64,000 nucleotides of DNA, taken from IMG/VR virus record IMGVR_UViG_3300027861_000010; one strand, given 5' to 3'. This document shows positions 29,171 through 37,821 of this stretch, piece after piece (positions within the stretch are counted from its first letter, which is position 1; every line of letters starts with the position of its first letter). The DNA is from a virus. Position numbers and translations under genes: made by a program. A model generated the notes under the pieces. That model saw only the letters and a program-made list of their open reading frames with translations, made no database searches and was not told the DNA's origin.

Positions 29171-30496
29171 ATGCCTAAAGTATCTACGGACAAGATTTTT
29201 CAAGCAGCTCTCGAGCATGACGGCAACTTACGGGCAACAGCCGACGCTTTAGGTTTAGCAAGCCGAAGCGTGGCCTGGAGTCGACTCAAATCAGCCGGAT
29301 TGCTCGAAGAGTTGCGGGCGAGGACAGGGACAACCAAGTCTGCCTCACCGAAAGAGAAGATCGAAGTCAGACCCCGCGGTAACTACACCGATGTCGATTA
29401 CTTGGGTACCAAGATCGAGACGGAAGAGGAGTTGCTTCAACATGCGGGCATCGACATGGAGCTCTATGAGATCGACCGTGTCGTTGTCAACAACTGGGAA
29501 GTTGCTGGCAAGAAAGCAAAGAACGACTGGCAGGGCGTCTGGAAGACAGGGCTCCGTCAGATCAAGATTACGCTGAAACGGAAGAAGGAAGATCACCTTT
29601 CTGTTGAACGCATTCTCGCCAAGATCGAAGCGGCCTCTCCGCTGATCCTTCCCATCAAGTATCCCAAGGCTAAAAAGTCGAAGCCGAAGCGGGCTCTTGA
29701 GATCTCGATTATGGATCCACATTACGGGATGCTCTGCTATCAAGGTGAGAGCGACCATTCGTGGGACCTGGAACAGTGCGAGAAGATGTGCATGTGGTCC
29801 ATTGACAATCTGGTAGAGCGAGCAAAGGGCTACGGGCCGTTTGAGGAGATCGTGTTCCCGTTTGGGAATGACTTCCTGCATCACGACAACTTGCAGCACA
29901 CCACAACCAAAGGAACACTGCAACCGGAAGGCTTGCCGTTTCTTTATGTTTACGAGCGAGCAATCGAGTTAGCGATCACGATGGTCGAACGCCTAGCTGA
30001 GCTTGCTCCTGTCAAGGTTATCCAGGTGTCCGGCAATCACGACCAGGTTGCGGCTTTCACCATGGGGCATGTGCTCAAGGCCTATTACCGAAATGACCCC
30101 AACGTGGACGTCGATGTCAGCCCGTCGCCGTACAAGTTCTGGAACTTCGGCACCAATCTGATCGGGTTCGATCACGGCCATCACGTCAAACCCGCACGTT
30201 TGGCTGCCTTGATGGCCCATGAGTGTGTTAACCTTTGGGCTACAACTACTTTCCGAGAATGGCATCTCGGAGATCAGCATCGCAAAGGTAGCGGTAGTCC
30301 GGTTACAATGGAGGAGCAAGGAGTCGGCGTCGAGTATCTGCCTGCCCTTACCCCGCCTAATGCCTGGCACCGACTCAAAGCTTTCAACTGGCAACAGCGA
30401 GGGGCAATGGGTTTTGTATGGGACCACGCAGAAGGCCCATTAGCTCGCGTACAGGTCAATTTGAATAGCTACACGGGGAGGCCAACAGGGAAGTAA
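29171..30496 (+). CDS. N-terminal HTH plus calcineurin-like metallophosphoesterase
   Basis: GNLRATADALG HTH; DPHYG, GNDFLH, GNHD, HGH, GDQH metal motifs. Confidence 0.85.
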   Translation: MPKVSTDKIFQAALEHDGNLRATADALGLASRSVAWSRLKSAGLLEELRARTGTTKSASPKEKIEVRPRGNYTDVDYLGTKIETEEELLQHAGIDMELYEIDRVVVNNWEVAGKKAKNDWQGVWKTGLRQIKITLKRKKEDHLSVERILAKIEAASPLILPIKYPKAKKSKPKRALEISIMDPHYGMLCYQGESDHSWDLEQCEKMCMWSIDNLVERAKGYGPFEEIVFPFGNDFLHHDNLQHTTTKGTLQPEGLPFLYVYERAIELAITMVERLAELAPVKVIQVSGNHDQVAAFTMGHVLKAYYRNDPNVDVDVSPSPYKFWNFGTNLIGFDHGHHVKPARLAALMAHECVNLWATTTFREWHLGDQHRKGSGSPVTMEEQGVGVEYLPALTPPNAWHRLKAFNWQQRGAMGFVWDHAEGPLARVQVNLNSYTGRPTGK

Positions 30497-30537
30497 TCTC
30501 GACGTTCGTAGTTTCCGCCAAAGCCAAGGAGGGTGAA

Positions 30538-30882
30538 ATGGCAAGTCGCTACGGGAAGAAGTTTGATAAGGTACTTCGTGATCTTCGCAAGGAGTGCCCA
30601 ATCGAAGCTCCCATTCGTGTTGTGACCAAGGATTTAGGTAAAGCGAAGCTGTGTGGTTGCTGTATTGCGTACCTGAGGCCCAGCGGCAAAATCGAAAGAT
30701 TTGTGATCGAGATCGACAAGGCAATGTCGATCGCGATGGCTATTGATACGTTGCTGCACGAGTGGGCTCACGCTTTGGATAAAGAGGCCAACGGTATTCC
30801 CATGGAGCCGCACAGAAACAGTTGGGGCGAGTGTTACGCTCGAGTCTGGAGAGTTTACGTAAATACTCCATCAGATGCTTGA
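30538..30882 (+). CDS. HEXXH Zn-metallopeptidase-like protein (SprT/IrrE-like)
   Basis: DTLLHEWAHA, PHRNSWG. Confidence 0.7.
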   Translation: MASRYGKKFDKVLRDLRKECPIEAPIRVVTKDLGKAKLCGCCIAYLRPSGKIERFVIEIDKAMSIAMAIDTLLHEWAHALDKEANGIPMEPHRNSWGECYARVWRVYVNTPSDA

Positions 30883-30907
30883 CACCGGTATTTTCCTGTA
30901 TTAAGTT
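30879..30907 (+). promoter_or_regulatory. sigma70-like promoter
   Basis: TTGACA-N17-TAAGTT. Confidence 0.7.
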
Positions 30908-30912
30908 GGCTG

Positions 30913-31096
30913 CCGAAGGCTGTTCGTTTCGATCTAAGACACTGGCGTGACAGGCCTCAAGGACGGATACTGGAACATTTAACCAGGACACTCACCCCCG
31001 AAACCCGACTAGGGAGAGACAGGCAGGATGTGAGTACAGTCTTCATATTTGGCCACTTAAAGACCATCTGCTCCACGGCAGGTGGTCTTTTTTTTT
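30913..31096 (+). ncRNA. Candidate small RNA (~185 nt; CsrB/RsmZ-like or 6S-like)
   Basis: No ORF; bounded by promoter and terminator; six GGA in 30961-31028 including CAGGATG; ends pair (GAAGGCTGT/ACAGTCTTC). Confidence 0.6.
31059..31096 (+). terminator. Rho-independent terminator
   Basis: AAAGACCATCTGC-tccacg-GCAGGTGGTCTTT plus T6. Confidence 0.9.
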
Positions 31097-31184
31097 AGCC
31101 ATTGGTTGGGTTTGACTTGGTCACCCAAACAGGTTACAAATAGTGCTTCCAAATTCTGGATTTTAACCATCAAGGAAGTCCTTT

Positions 31185-32006
31185 GTGAAACCTCCCCTTG
31201 TTTCAGGCATTCTCCCCTTCGCTGATCCGAAGCGGTTGAATTTAGTTCGGAAGGCCGTCAACAACTTCATCAGGCAGCAATACACGCCCTATGAGCTTGT
31301 TGTTGTCAACGGTACCGACGTCGATGTCCTGACCAATACCGAGATGGACTCAGAGATGTTTCGACAGGCAGGATGCCATGTCATGGAGATTCGCGTTCCG
31401 CCGGGTCTGAATGCCGCAACCATGCGAAATCGCGGCATCCAAGCTGCCCACGGTGATTGGATCTTTCCCATTGACGACGATGATTGGTGCCACCCTCAGC
31501 GTTTGCTGTTCCAGATGGCCCACCGTGTCGGCGACCATCCTTGTCTTCTCCGTTACCAGCTCCGAGTGGATGTTTCACACGTCCTGAAGGCTGCTGCGGA
31601 GGATCATCCTGATGGGGCAGCTAAACCGCTGCTTCATTTACTTCGGGTTGAGGATGGAATCCCATCAACAATCTTGTTCCCGCGTTTGATCAACTCTGAT
31701 GGAGCCCTTTGGCTTTATGACGAGGATCTGAACATTGGCGAGCACGACGAGCTTCTGGCCCGAATGCGGCGAGACGGAGCTGCCCCGGTAGTGTGTGATA
31801 ACATGCACAACACGTTTGTTAACGGAATGCAATGGCCGATCTTGTCTATCGCCATGTACCACACGAATAATGAACTGACTCATGAGCAGTTCTTTTACAA
31901 ACTACCGCAGCCTGTAGACCGCAGCGTTGTTCCTCAGGGTTTGACCCAGAGCGACATGAACCAGCTGAGAGTTGTGCTTCAGTCCTATAACTTCAGGATC
32001 GGATGA
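31185..32006 (+). CDS. Glycosyltransferase family 2-like
   Basis: VSGILP, QQYTPYELVVV, RNRGIQAAHGDWIFPIDDDDW. Confidence 0.8.
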   Translation: MKPPLVSGILPFADPKRLNLVRKAVNNFIRQQYTPYELVVVNGTDVDVLTNTEMDSEMFRQAGCHVMEIRVPPGLNAATMRNRGIQAAHGDWIFPIDDDDWCHPQRLLFQMAHRVGDHPCLLRYQLRVDVSHVLKAAAEDHPDGAAKPLLHLLRVEDGIPSTILFPRLINSDGALWLYDEDLNIGEHDELLARMRRDGAAPVVCDNMHNTFVNGMQWPILSIAMYHTNNELTHEQFFYKLPQPVDRSVVPQGLTQSDMNQLRVVLQSYNFRIG

Positions 32007-32033
32007 TGAGCTCAACTTTAGCAAGGAAGGTCT

Positions 32034-32813
32034 ATGGCTTGGTACAACGAAGATCAACCCGAAACATTGAATTTCATGGTGGTAGGAAACTGCCATTCGG
32101 GACATGATCTGCTGCAAGCTTGCTTGTCAGCACATCCGACGATGGTTTGTCACGGAGATGTTCTGCATCCTGACGAGGCACTTCGCAAGGAAGAGCACGA
32201 AGCCTACTTCGGCGATTCCGGTAAGGTTTCTGATTGGTATCAGCCTAAAGACCTGAGCGTTGAGCAATACCTGAATAACAAAATCTTCGACAATATGTTG
32301 TTCGATGAAAAGGCAGTAGGTGTTCGACTGTCTTATGACAATTTTCTCAAGGCGGACCTGTGGGACTACGCCGAGCAGAAATGCAGACAAGGTGATTTTT
32401 GCATCCTGCATGTGGCTCGAAATCCTGTGGCTTGTTTTGTTGACTACATGGCGGAGAACCGACGGAAAGGGTTGTTGGATTTTCCGGTCACTCCGAGCTT
32501 TGGACATTCAGTATCCCTGGAGCCTGAGGAGCTGACTCATTTTGTAAGAGATCACTTAGCTACTGAGCTTAAGGTTAATCGGCTGTGTGGCGATCGAGCC
32601 GTTATTCCCTATCATGAGCTTCTGTTAGACTCCAAAGGCACGTTGCAGCAGATCTTCAAGTTTTTGGATTTGCCTTACAGTCCGGCGTGTGTGCCCAACA
32701 GGAAGAAGATTCACACAAGGGACATGAAAAGCCGAATCTCAAATTGGCATCATCTTAAAGCGGAACTTCCAATTGACGTACGCGACGTGCTGGAAAGCCC
32801 AACACTGTTCTGA
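32034..32813 (+). CDS. Stf0-like sulfotransferase-fold protein
   Basis: FMVVGNCHSGHDLLQACLSAHP..CHGD (divergent RSGST), ILHVARNP, IPYHELL. Confidence 0.6.
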   Translation: MAWYNEDQPETLNFMVVGNCHSGHDLLQACLSAHPTMVCHGDVLHPDEALRKEEHEAYFGDSGKVSDWYQPKDLSVEQYLNNKIFDNMLFDEKAVGVRLSYDNFLKADLWDYAEQKCRQGDFCILHVARNPVACFVDYMAENRRKGLLDFPVTPSFGHSVSLEPEELTHFVRDHLATELKVNRLCGDRAVIPYHELLLDSKGTLQQIFKFLDLPYSPACVPNRKKIHTRDMKSRISNWHHLKAELPIDVRDVLESPTLF

Positions 32814-32823
32814 GCAGGGAAAC

Positions 32824-33108
32824 ATGGCAAACGAAAAAACAGAACTGACTAAGCGGGAGTTGCAGGTGGTAGCTCTGATCGGTCAGGATAAGAAGTACAA
32901 AGAAATCGCAGAAGAGTTGGAGCTTGGTTATGAAACCGTAAAGACCTACGCTGCTCGAATCCGTAAAAAACTGGGTGTTGGCTCTAAGGTTGCCGTAGCA
33001 CTTTGGGCTCAACAGCACGGCCTGATAACAAACGAGGCCCAGAAAAACATGGACGCAATGTTGAGCGAAAAACCGTGGCTTGCACAAGGTAATAAAGATG
33101 AAGAATAA
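32824..33108 (+). CDS. Stand-alone LuxR/GerE-type HTH regulator
   Basis: LTKRELQVVALI..YKEIAEEL..ETVKTY..RIRKKLGV. Confidence 0.9.
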   Translation: MANEKTELTKRELQVVALIGQDKKYKEIAEELELGYETVKTYAARIRKKLGVGSKVAVALWAQQHGLITNEAQKNMDAMLSEKPWLAQGNKDEE

Positions 33109-33646
33109 ACTTGGAACGTTTGCGGTGATCTACAGTAAGCCCAATTGGGATCAGTACAAGCACGAGACGTCCACGCAGTTAATCGGAGAGCATGTTAACT
33201 TGACTTCCGGTAATGTCAGTTTTCCGAAAGAGCCTGACAATTTTCCTTGCTTAGTTGCATCTATGCTCACACCGGTTGACCCGACCAAGGCTAATGCGTT
33301 CTGTCATTTTCGTGTCAATTGCTGCTTCGTCTATCCTGAGGACGCTAAACGACTACTGGACGCTCAATCTCAATTGGATCACTCGATCGTTTTTGACGAA
33401 CCTGATGAGTCGACTTACCCTGAAGACTATGACGACGAGGGCGGGTACCTGCCCACGCAGACTGGTGTATTGCTCTTGGCTTTAGTTAATGAGCTGGAAG
33501 CGGTTGGAGCCGTCAAACGCGAAAAGCTGCTCAAGGAAGTAGCTGTCGTCGAAGAGTGGTTGATCAATAACCAAGAAGATAATATGGGGGAGCTCTCTCT
33601 GGAGTCAGTCTTGGAACGCATGTGGAGGGACAAAGATGCTCGCTAA
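33098..33646 (+). CDS. Hypothetical protein
   Basis: Co-oriented overlapping ORF. Confidence 0.6.
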   Translation: MKNKLGTFAVIYSKPNWDQYKHETSTQLIGEHVNLTSGNVSFPKEPDNFPCLVASMLTPVDPTKANAFCHFRVNCCFVYPEDAKRLLDAQSQLDHSIVFDEPDESTYPEDYDDEGGYLPTQTGVLLLALVNELEAVGAVKREKLLKEVAVVEEWLINNQEDNMGELSLESVLERMWRDKDAR

Positions 33647-34256
33647 GTTGGATGCTCCAGGTTGGTGGTTTATGGAGTCGCCGCGGACAGGGACGTCAAC
33701 GATTGAGCGAACACTGAAGCATATTTTTCCTGAGGCCAAGGCTGTGTACGCCAAGCATTGGCCCATCCTTCCGCCTGAGGGATTCCTGAAACGATCAGAT
33801 ACGCTCAGTGTTATTTCAGTGCGGAATCCGTACAGCCGAGCAATCAGTTGTTGGCAATACTTCACTCGGCCAGGCGAGTTCACATTCCTTGAATGGACAG
33901 AAAAGCGACTCAAGGAAGGTTGGTTCGATACCCACATTGAAGCTCGGCCTCAGGTTTTTTGGTTCAATCTTTGGAAGTGGGATGTTATCATCGAACAAGA
34001 GAAGCTGGCCGCACATTTCTGGTCGTTTGTCCACAGGATCGACCCCGAAATCGACGCGTTTGAGCTTCACCGGTACAACGACATTAACGGCCAATGGGTG
34101 AATCGAGTGCGAGCCAAGACGCAACGTCATCGCCCTTGGCAGGAGTATTACTGTCCAAAAACGGAAGAAAACATACGAGAATTGTACGCCGCGGACTTCA
34201 TTTGCCTCTCCGATCAGTATCAAAAAGAGTTTCCAGGAATTGTCGCGGCGTCCTAG
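33636..34256 (+). CDS. Sulfotransferase family 2-like protein
   Basis: FMESPRTGTS, SVRNPYSRAISCW, YAADF. Confidence 0.8.
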   Translation: MLAKLDAPGWWFMESPRTGTSTIERTLKHIFPEAKAVYAKHWPILPPEGFLKRSDTLSVISVRNPYSRAISCWQYFTRPGEFTFLEWTEKRLKEGWFDTHIEARPQVFWFNLWKWDVIIEQEKLAAHFWSFVHRIDPEIDAFELHRYNDINGQWVNRVRAKTQRHRPWQEYYCPKTEENIRELYAADFICLSDQYQKEFPGIVAAS

Positions 34257-34367
34257 CTTTGGGTGACACCGCGGCCTATACTTGAGGTGCCGTTAGCTCG
34301 GCGACACACTGAGGGAGCTGGGTGGGAAATGAATTCCTATCCAGCTTCTTTTTTTATGGAGTTTCCG

Positions 34368-34643
34368 ATGCCACCTCTCAGGAAGAAGAGACCACCAAAA
34401 CGAGTTACCGCTACTATCCATTTTCGTCATGCAAAGAACGAAAAGGGTCATCGCCAACTTTGCGTATACGCTGAGTGCGATCTCGGAGGTACGGTTGTTG
34501 GACCTATCTGGGGCCACAGTGAACAGTCAGTCAAGAAAGCAGTCTCTACGTTGACTCGCGAATGTGACTGTCCTGCGAAATTCCACAAAGCTCAGGAATA
34601 CCACGGTAAACGCATCTTGAAGACAACTCGACGAAAGCCCTGA
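34368..34643 (+). CDS. Small basic hypothetical protein
   Basis: GGAG RBS before ATG 34368; C..C/H residues. Confidence 0.55.
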   Translation: MPPLRKKRPPKRVTATIHFRHAKNEKGHRQLCVYAECDLGGTVVGPIWGHSEQSVKKAVSTLTRECDCPAKFHKAQEYHGKRILKTTRRKP

Positions 34644-34663
34644 CAAATCGCTATACTGCCTCA

Positions 34664-34865
34664 GTGGCTTTACCGCAGGTACCGGTAGGTTAGGAGTCGA
34701 GGTGCGGCTAGGAGAGCCAGCGGTTCTCGGCGGGACGGTTGTGTGAGTGAAAAACGAGCAACCGGAGGAGTGTCGGTCGTACCTTCCAGACCGGCATAAG
34801 TTCGGTGGCTTAGCCGCTGCCGGATACTGGGCTCGAGGCAGGGGATCTCGAGAAGTCACTTTTTT
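34664..34865 (+). ncRNA. Candidate structured non-coding RNA or long leader
   Basis: About 200 nt without a plausible ORF, after TCGACG-N18-TATACT (34628-34657); at least five hairpins; ends in a T-run. Confidence 0.35.
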
Positions 34866-34895
34866 ATTCTTCTCTTTCAAACAAGGAAGTTTGTA

Positions 34896-35390
34896 ATGAA
34901 CCAAGAAGGGCGTAGCGAGCGACAACAGTTAGAGGAAGTTCAAGATCGGCTGAAAGTTCTACAGGCTACGCCAGCAGAACAAAAAGAGTCACGAGCAGAT
35001 TGGTGTCATCAGGATGAGATCCTGGGCATCCTCGCAACTGTTACGGACACTTTGAGTGAGTCAGCCACTACTCGAAGCCACGAACTTGGGCGTATGGCTG
35101 AACGCCTCAGCAGCATTGAGCAAGATGTAAAACACATTCAGTCCGATATCCAAGCCCTGTGCAAAGTCGTACGCGACGGGAACGGACAGCCGTCCTTGTT
35201 ACAACGGCTGGCCAACCTGGAGGTGGTTGTGTCTAACAACAAAGGTGACATCGAAGAAGTCAAAGGGCACGCGAATTCGATCATCGCTGCCAAGGCTCTC
35301 AGTAAGTCGCAGGTGGTAGCCGGATTGATTGGTATAATTGTGACGGCCTTGTTATCCACGCTTGCGTTGGTTGCGACCCTATTGAAGTAG
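34896..35390 (+). CDS. Coiled-coil protein with C-terminal transmembrane helix
   Basis: Heptads LSSIEQDVKHIQSDIQAL; TM VVAGLIGIIVTALLSTLALVATLL. Confidence 0.65.
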   Translation: MNQEGRSERQQLEEVQDRLKVLQATPAEQKESRADWCHQDEILGILATVTDTLSESATTRSHELGRMAERLSSIEQDVKHIQSDIQALCKVVRDGNGQPSLLQRLANLEVVVSNNKGDIEEVKGHANSIIAAKALSKSQVVAGLIGIIVTALLSTLALVATLLK

Positions 35391-35399
35391 GAACAAAAA

Positions 35400-35966
35400 A
35401 TGAGCCTGATCTCGACGACAGATATTCCGGACATCAAACAACTTCAGCTCTACACCGCGGTCAAAGACCTGGAAAAGCGATCGGCTGTCCGAATGTCTGG
35501 GTTACTGCAAGCGACAAAATCAGGCCATTTGATTGTGGGAGTTCCGACAGCCCTAGTCCGTGGTGTTTTTGACGCCATGGCTGAGCCAGGTATTTCCCTT
35601 CCCAATTCCGTAGACGGCGGAGCCCTTCGAGCTGGTGTCGTCGTCATGACTCCGGACGAGTTAGAGTCAATCGGCGGCCCAGACAAGGTCACTGAACGCG
35701 GCAAACAATTCCCGTATCACATGGGTGAACTGGAAGAGACTCCAGCACGCAATTGGCCTGGAGTTACCGTTTGCTGGCATTTGCGAATCAAGTCACCCGA
35801 GCTGGGTAAGCTGCGAAGAACCTATGGCCTTCCGACGAAATTATCGGGGAGTAACGATTTTTCGATCGTCGTGGCCTGCCGTAAGTCTGGAGTTTTGGCT
35901 GCTAATTCGACTAGCAAGTCGATTGAGCAGCAGTCGCAGACTCTGCCGGACTGGACTCGTCCTTGA
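35400..35966 (+). CDS. 2H-phosphoesterase-like protein lacking both catalytic His
   Basis: Spacing of AGVVVM...[16 protein letters not shown]...FSIVVA resembles HxT..HxT 2H proteins recalled from phages; His absent. Confidence 0.45.
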   Translation: MSLISTTDIPDIKQLQLYTAVKDLEKRSAVRMSGLLQATKSGHLIVGVPTALVRGVFDAMAEPGISLPNSVDGGALRAGVVVMTPDELESIGGPDKVTERGKQFPYHMGELEETPARNWPGVTVCWHLRIKSPELGKLRRTYGLPTKLSGSNDFSIVVACRKSGVLAANSTSKSIEQQSQTLPDWTRP

Positions 35967-36132
35967 GCAAAGCGTCGGCTATTGCTCGAGCAACTTCGTC
36001 TCGATGGACAGCGACATCCCGTGGGGCGTCAATGCCCAACCGAACTTTGTCGCCGCGAATCTCGACGACGGTCAAAGTGACGTTGTCGCCGATCGTAATG
36101 CTTTCGCCCTTTTTCCGACTAAGAACCAACAT
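35911..36132 (-). CDS. csrA: Carbon storage regulator CsrA/RsmA
   Basis: [47 protein letters not shown]; GGAG RBS; start at 36132. Confidence 0.95.
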   Translation of the reverse strand: MLVLSRKKGESITIGDNVTLTVVEIRGDKVRLGIDAPRDVAVHRDEVARAIADALLKDESSPAESATAAQSTC

Positions 36133-36175
36133 GGTTAAATCTCCATCCATGAAATTGAAATACCACACCCGTTTA

Positions 36176-36204
36176 ACGTATACTCTTTTGGGTGACAGGT
36201 CAAT
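36176..36204 (-). promoter_or_regulatory. sigma70-like csrA promoter containing the GTCACCCAAA box
   Basis: Minus strand TTGACC-N17-TACGTT. Confidence 0.55.
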
Positions 36205-36219
36205 AAAGGTTGTACTGGA

Positions 36220-36687
36220 ATGAATTCGCTAACGCAACACCTACCCTGCAAATCTTCAAGCCCCGTACTTGATCAATTTTTGCCCGCTGAGAAGCAGGCA
36301 GAAGAAGACTGGTACATAGGCTCTTCCGACATTGAAGGTCAAGGCGTATTTGCCGGAAAGGATTACGAGGTTGGCGATACAATCGGCTTGGCTATGACGC
36401 CCGGCGACGAGGATGAATGGTCGGCTAAAATCTGGAATTTGACAACCTTGGCTCGTCACTGCAATCATCAAAGCAAGAACAATGTTGAAGTGAAGAAGGT
36501 TGACGGCAAGTTCGATCTGGTTGCATTGCAGCCGATCAGCCAAGATGATGAGCTGGTGTCAGATTACTATCAGGTGTCGCGAACAATGGGTCCACATTCC
36601 CGAATGATGTGGGACGGCAAAGATGTTCCGGTGACTGATCTCGACGGTTACATTGAGAAGGAAAGAGACGAAGATGAAAATACTTGA
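36220..36687 (+). CDS. SET-domain protein-lysine methyltransferase-like
   Basis: [35 protein letters not shown]; EKQA at aa 24-27 precedes the domain. Confidence 0.8.
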   Translation: MNSLTQHLPCKSSSPVLDQFLPAEKQAEEDWYIGSSDIEGQGVFAGKDYEVGDTIGLAMTPGDEDEWSAKIWNLTTLARHCNHQSKNNVEVKKVDGKFDLVALQPISQDDELVSDYYQVSRTMGPHSRMMWDGKDVPVTDLDGYIEKERDEDENT

Positions 36688-37246
36688 AATCGGCCCGGGA
36701 ACTGCCGACGGTAAGTCCCTGGTTTTTCCCGACGCAGACACTGCAGATATCCAGGGCTCTGGTCCGACAGCAAAGGTTGAGCTGGGCCAGAGCCCTCTTC
36801 CGTTTGCGGACGAGTCTTACGACCTGGTCTTCATGTCACACATTCTCGAGCACATTCCCTGGTACCGTTCCGTAACAGCCCTACGCGAGGTTCACCGTGT
36901 GTTGAAGCCCGGTGGCGAACTGGAACTCTATGTGCCGGACTTTGCTTTCATTGTGCAGTGCTACCAGGAGCAACGTTGCGGTGATGATTGGCGAATCTTC
37001 AACGACGCTGGCGGGTGGATGACTTGGGTCAATGGTCGTCTTTTCACCTACGGAGAGGATGCAACTGAGTTGCTCAGTAAAGAACGACCGATCCCGCAGA
37101 CACACCACAAAGCCGTGTTCGATGAGCCGTACTTACTGGCTCGACTGGAGGATGCCGGATTCACTAAGGTTCAGGCATTACGCAAGCGGCGTAACGGTAA
37201 AGGACACGGCGTTCGTGAAGCTGGTGCTTTGGGTATCAAGCAATGA
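36674..37246 (+). CDS. Methyltransf_11-like SAM methyltransferase
   Basis: ILEIGPG, DLVFMSHILEH, RVLKPGGEL..VPD. Confidence 0.85.
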   Translation: MKILEIGPGTADGKSLVFPDADTADIQGSGPTAKVELGQSPLPFADESYDLVFMSHILEHIPWYRSVTALREVHRVLKPGGELELYVPDFAFIVQCYQEQRCGDDWRIFNDAGGWMTWVNGRLFTYGEDATELLSKERPIPQTHHKAVFDEPYLLARLEDAGFTKVQALRKRRNGKGHGVREAGALGIKQ

Positions 37247-37821
37247 GAAAACTCGAAATCGGACCACACGAAACACGAAGAACTCCGGACGGTGCACATC
37301 CTTCGTCGTGGGATACCCTTGATGTTGCGTATCAGGCTACCCACAACGCCAAGTGGGGCGACGAACGGTTGCCGATAGCTGATGCAGCGTACGACTGGGT
37401 TCATGCTTCTCACGTTTTGGAGCATTTGACGTGGTGGAAGACGTTGCCTGCCTTGCAGGAGGTTCACCGCATCCTGAAACCTACCGGACGTGTTACCATC
37501 TGGGTGCCGGACGCGATGAAGATCATCCAGATGTACGAGCAAGATCCCGAGCAGTTCTTGAAACTGGAAGCTGATTGGTCTTGTGGCGGCAAGAATCCCG
37601 ACAAGGATCCGTGGGTGTACTTAAACGCTCGCGTTTTTTGGGGGGCTCGTCCTGGCGAGGCCGGACAGGAACAGCATTTCCATCGAGCCATGTTCGGGGA
37701 AGCCTCGTTGCGAGCTGTGTTGGAGAAGGCTGGGTTTAGGAATACCAAACGAATCGAACGCGACTGTCCTAGTGACCCTGGTCACGGTTGGATGGAGGTA
37801 GGGATGGAAGGGTTTCGATGA
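37243..37821 (+). CDS. Methyltransf_11-like SAM methyltransferase (tandem paralog)
   Basis: LEIGP, ASHVLEH, RILKPTG...VPD. Confidence 0.85.
   Translation: MRKLEIGPHETRRTPDGAHPSSWDTLDVAYQATHNAKWGDERLPIADAAYDWVHASHVLEHLTWWKTLPALQEVHRILKPTGRVTIWVPDAMKIIQMYEQDPEQFLKLEADWSCGGKNPDKDPWVYLNARVFWGARPGEAGQEQHFHRAMFGEASLRAVLEKAGFRNTKRIERDCPSDPGHGWMEVGMEGFR

Noticed and set aside
34695-34725. Cobalamin riboswitch (GGTGC...GAGCCAG), attractive because nrdJ needs B12
   Set aside because: It lacks the GGGAA/GCCCCCGCAACTG core, and nrdJ is 5 kb away
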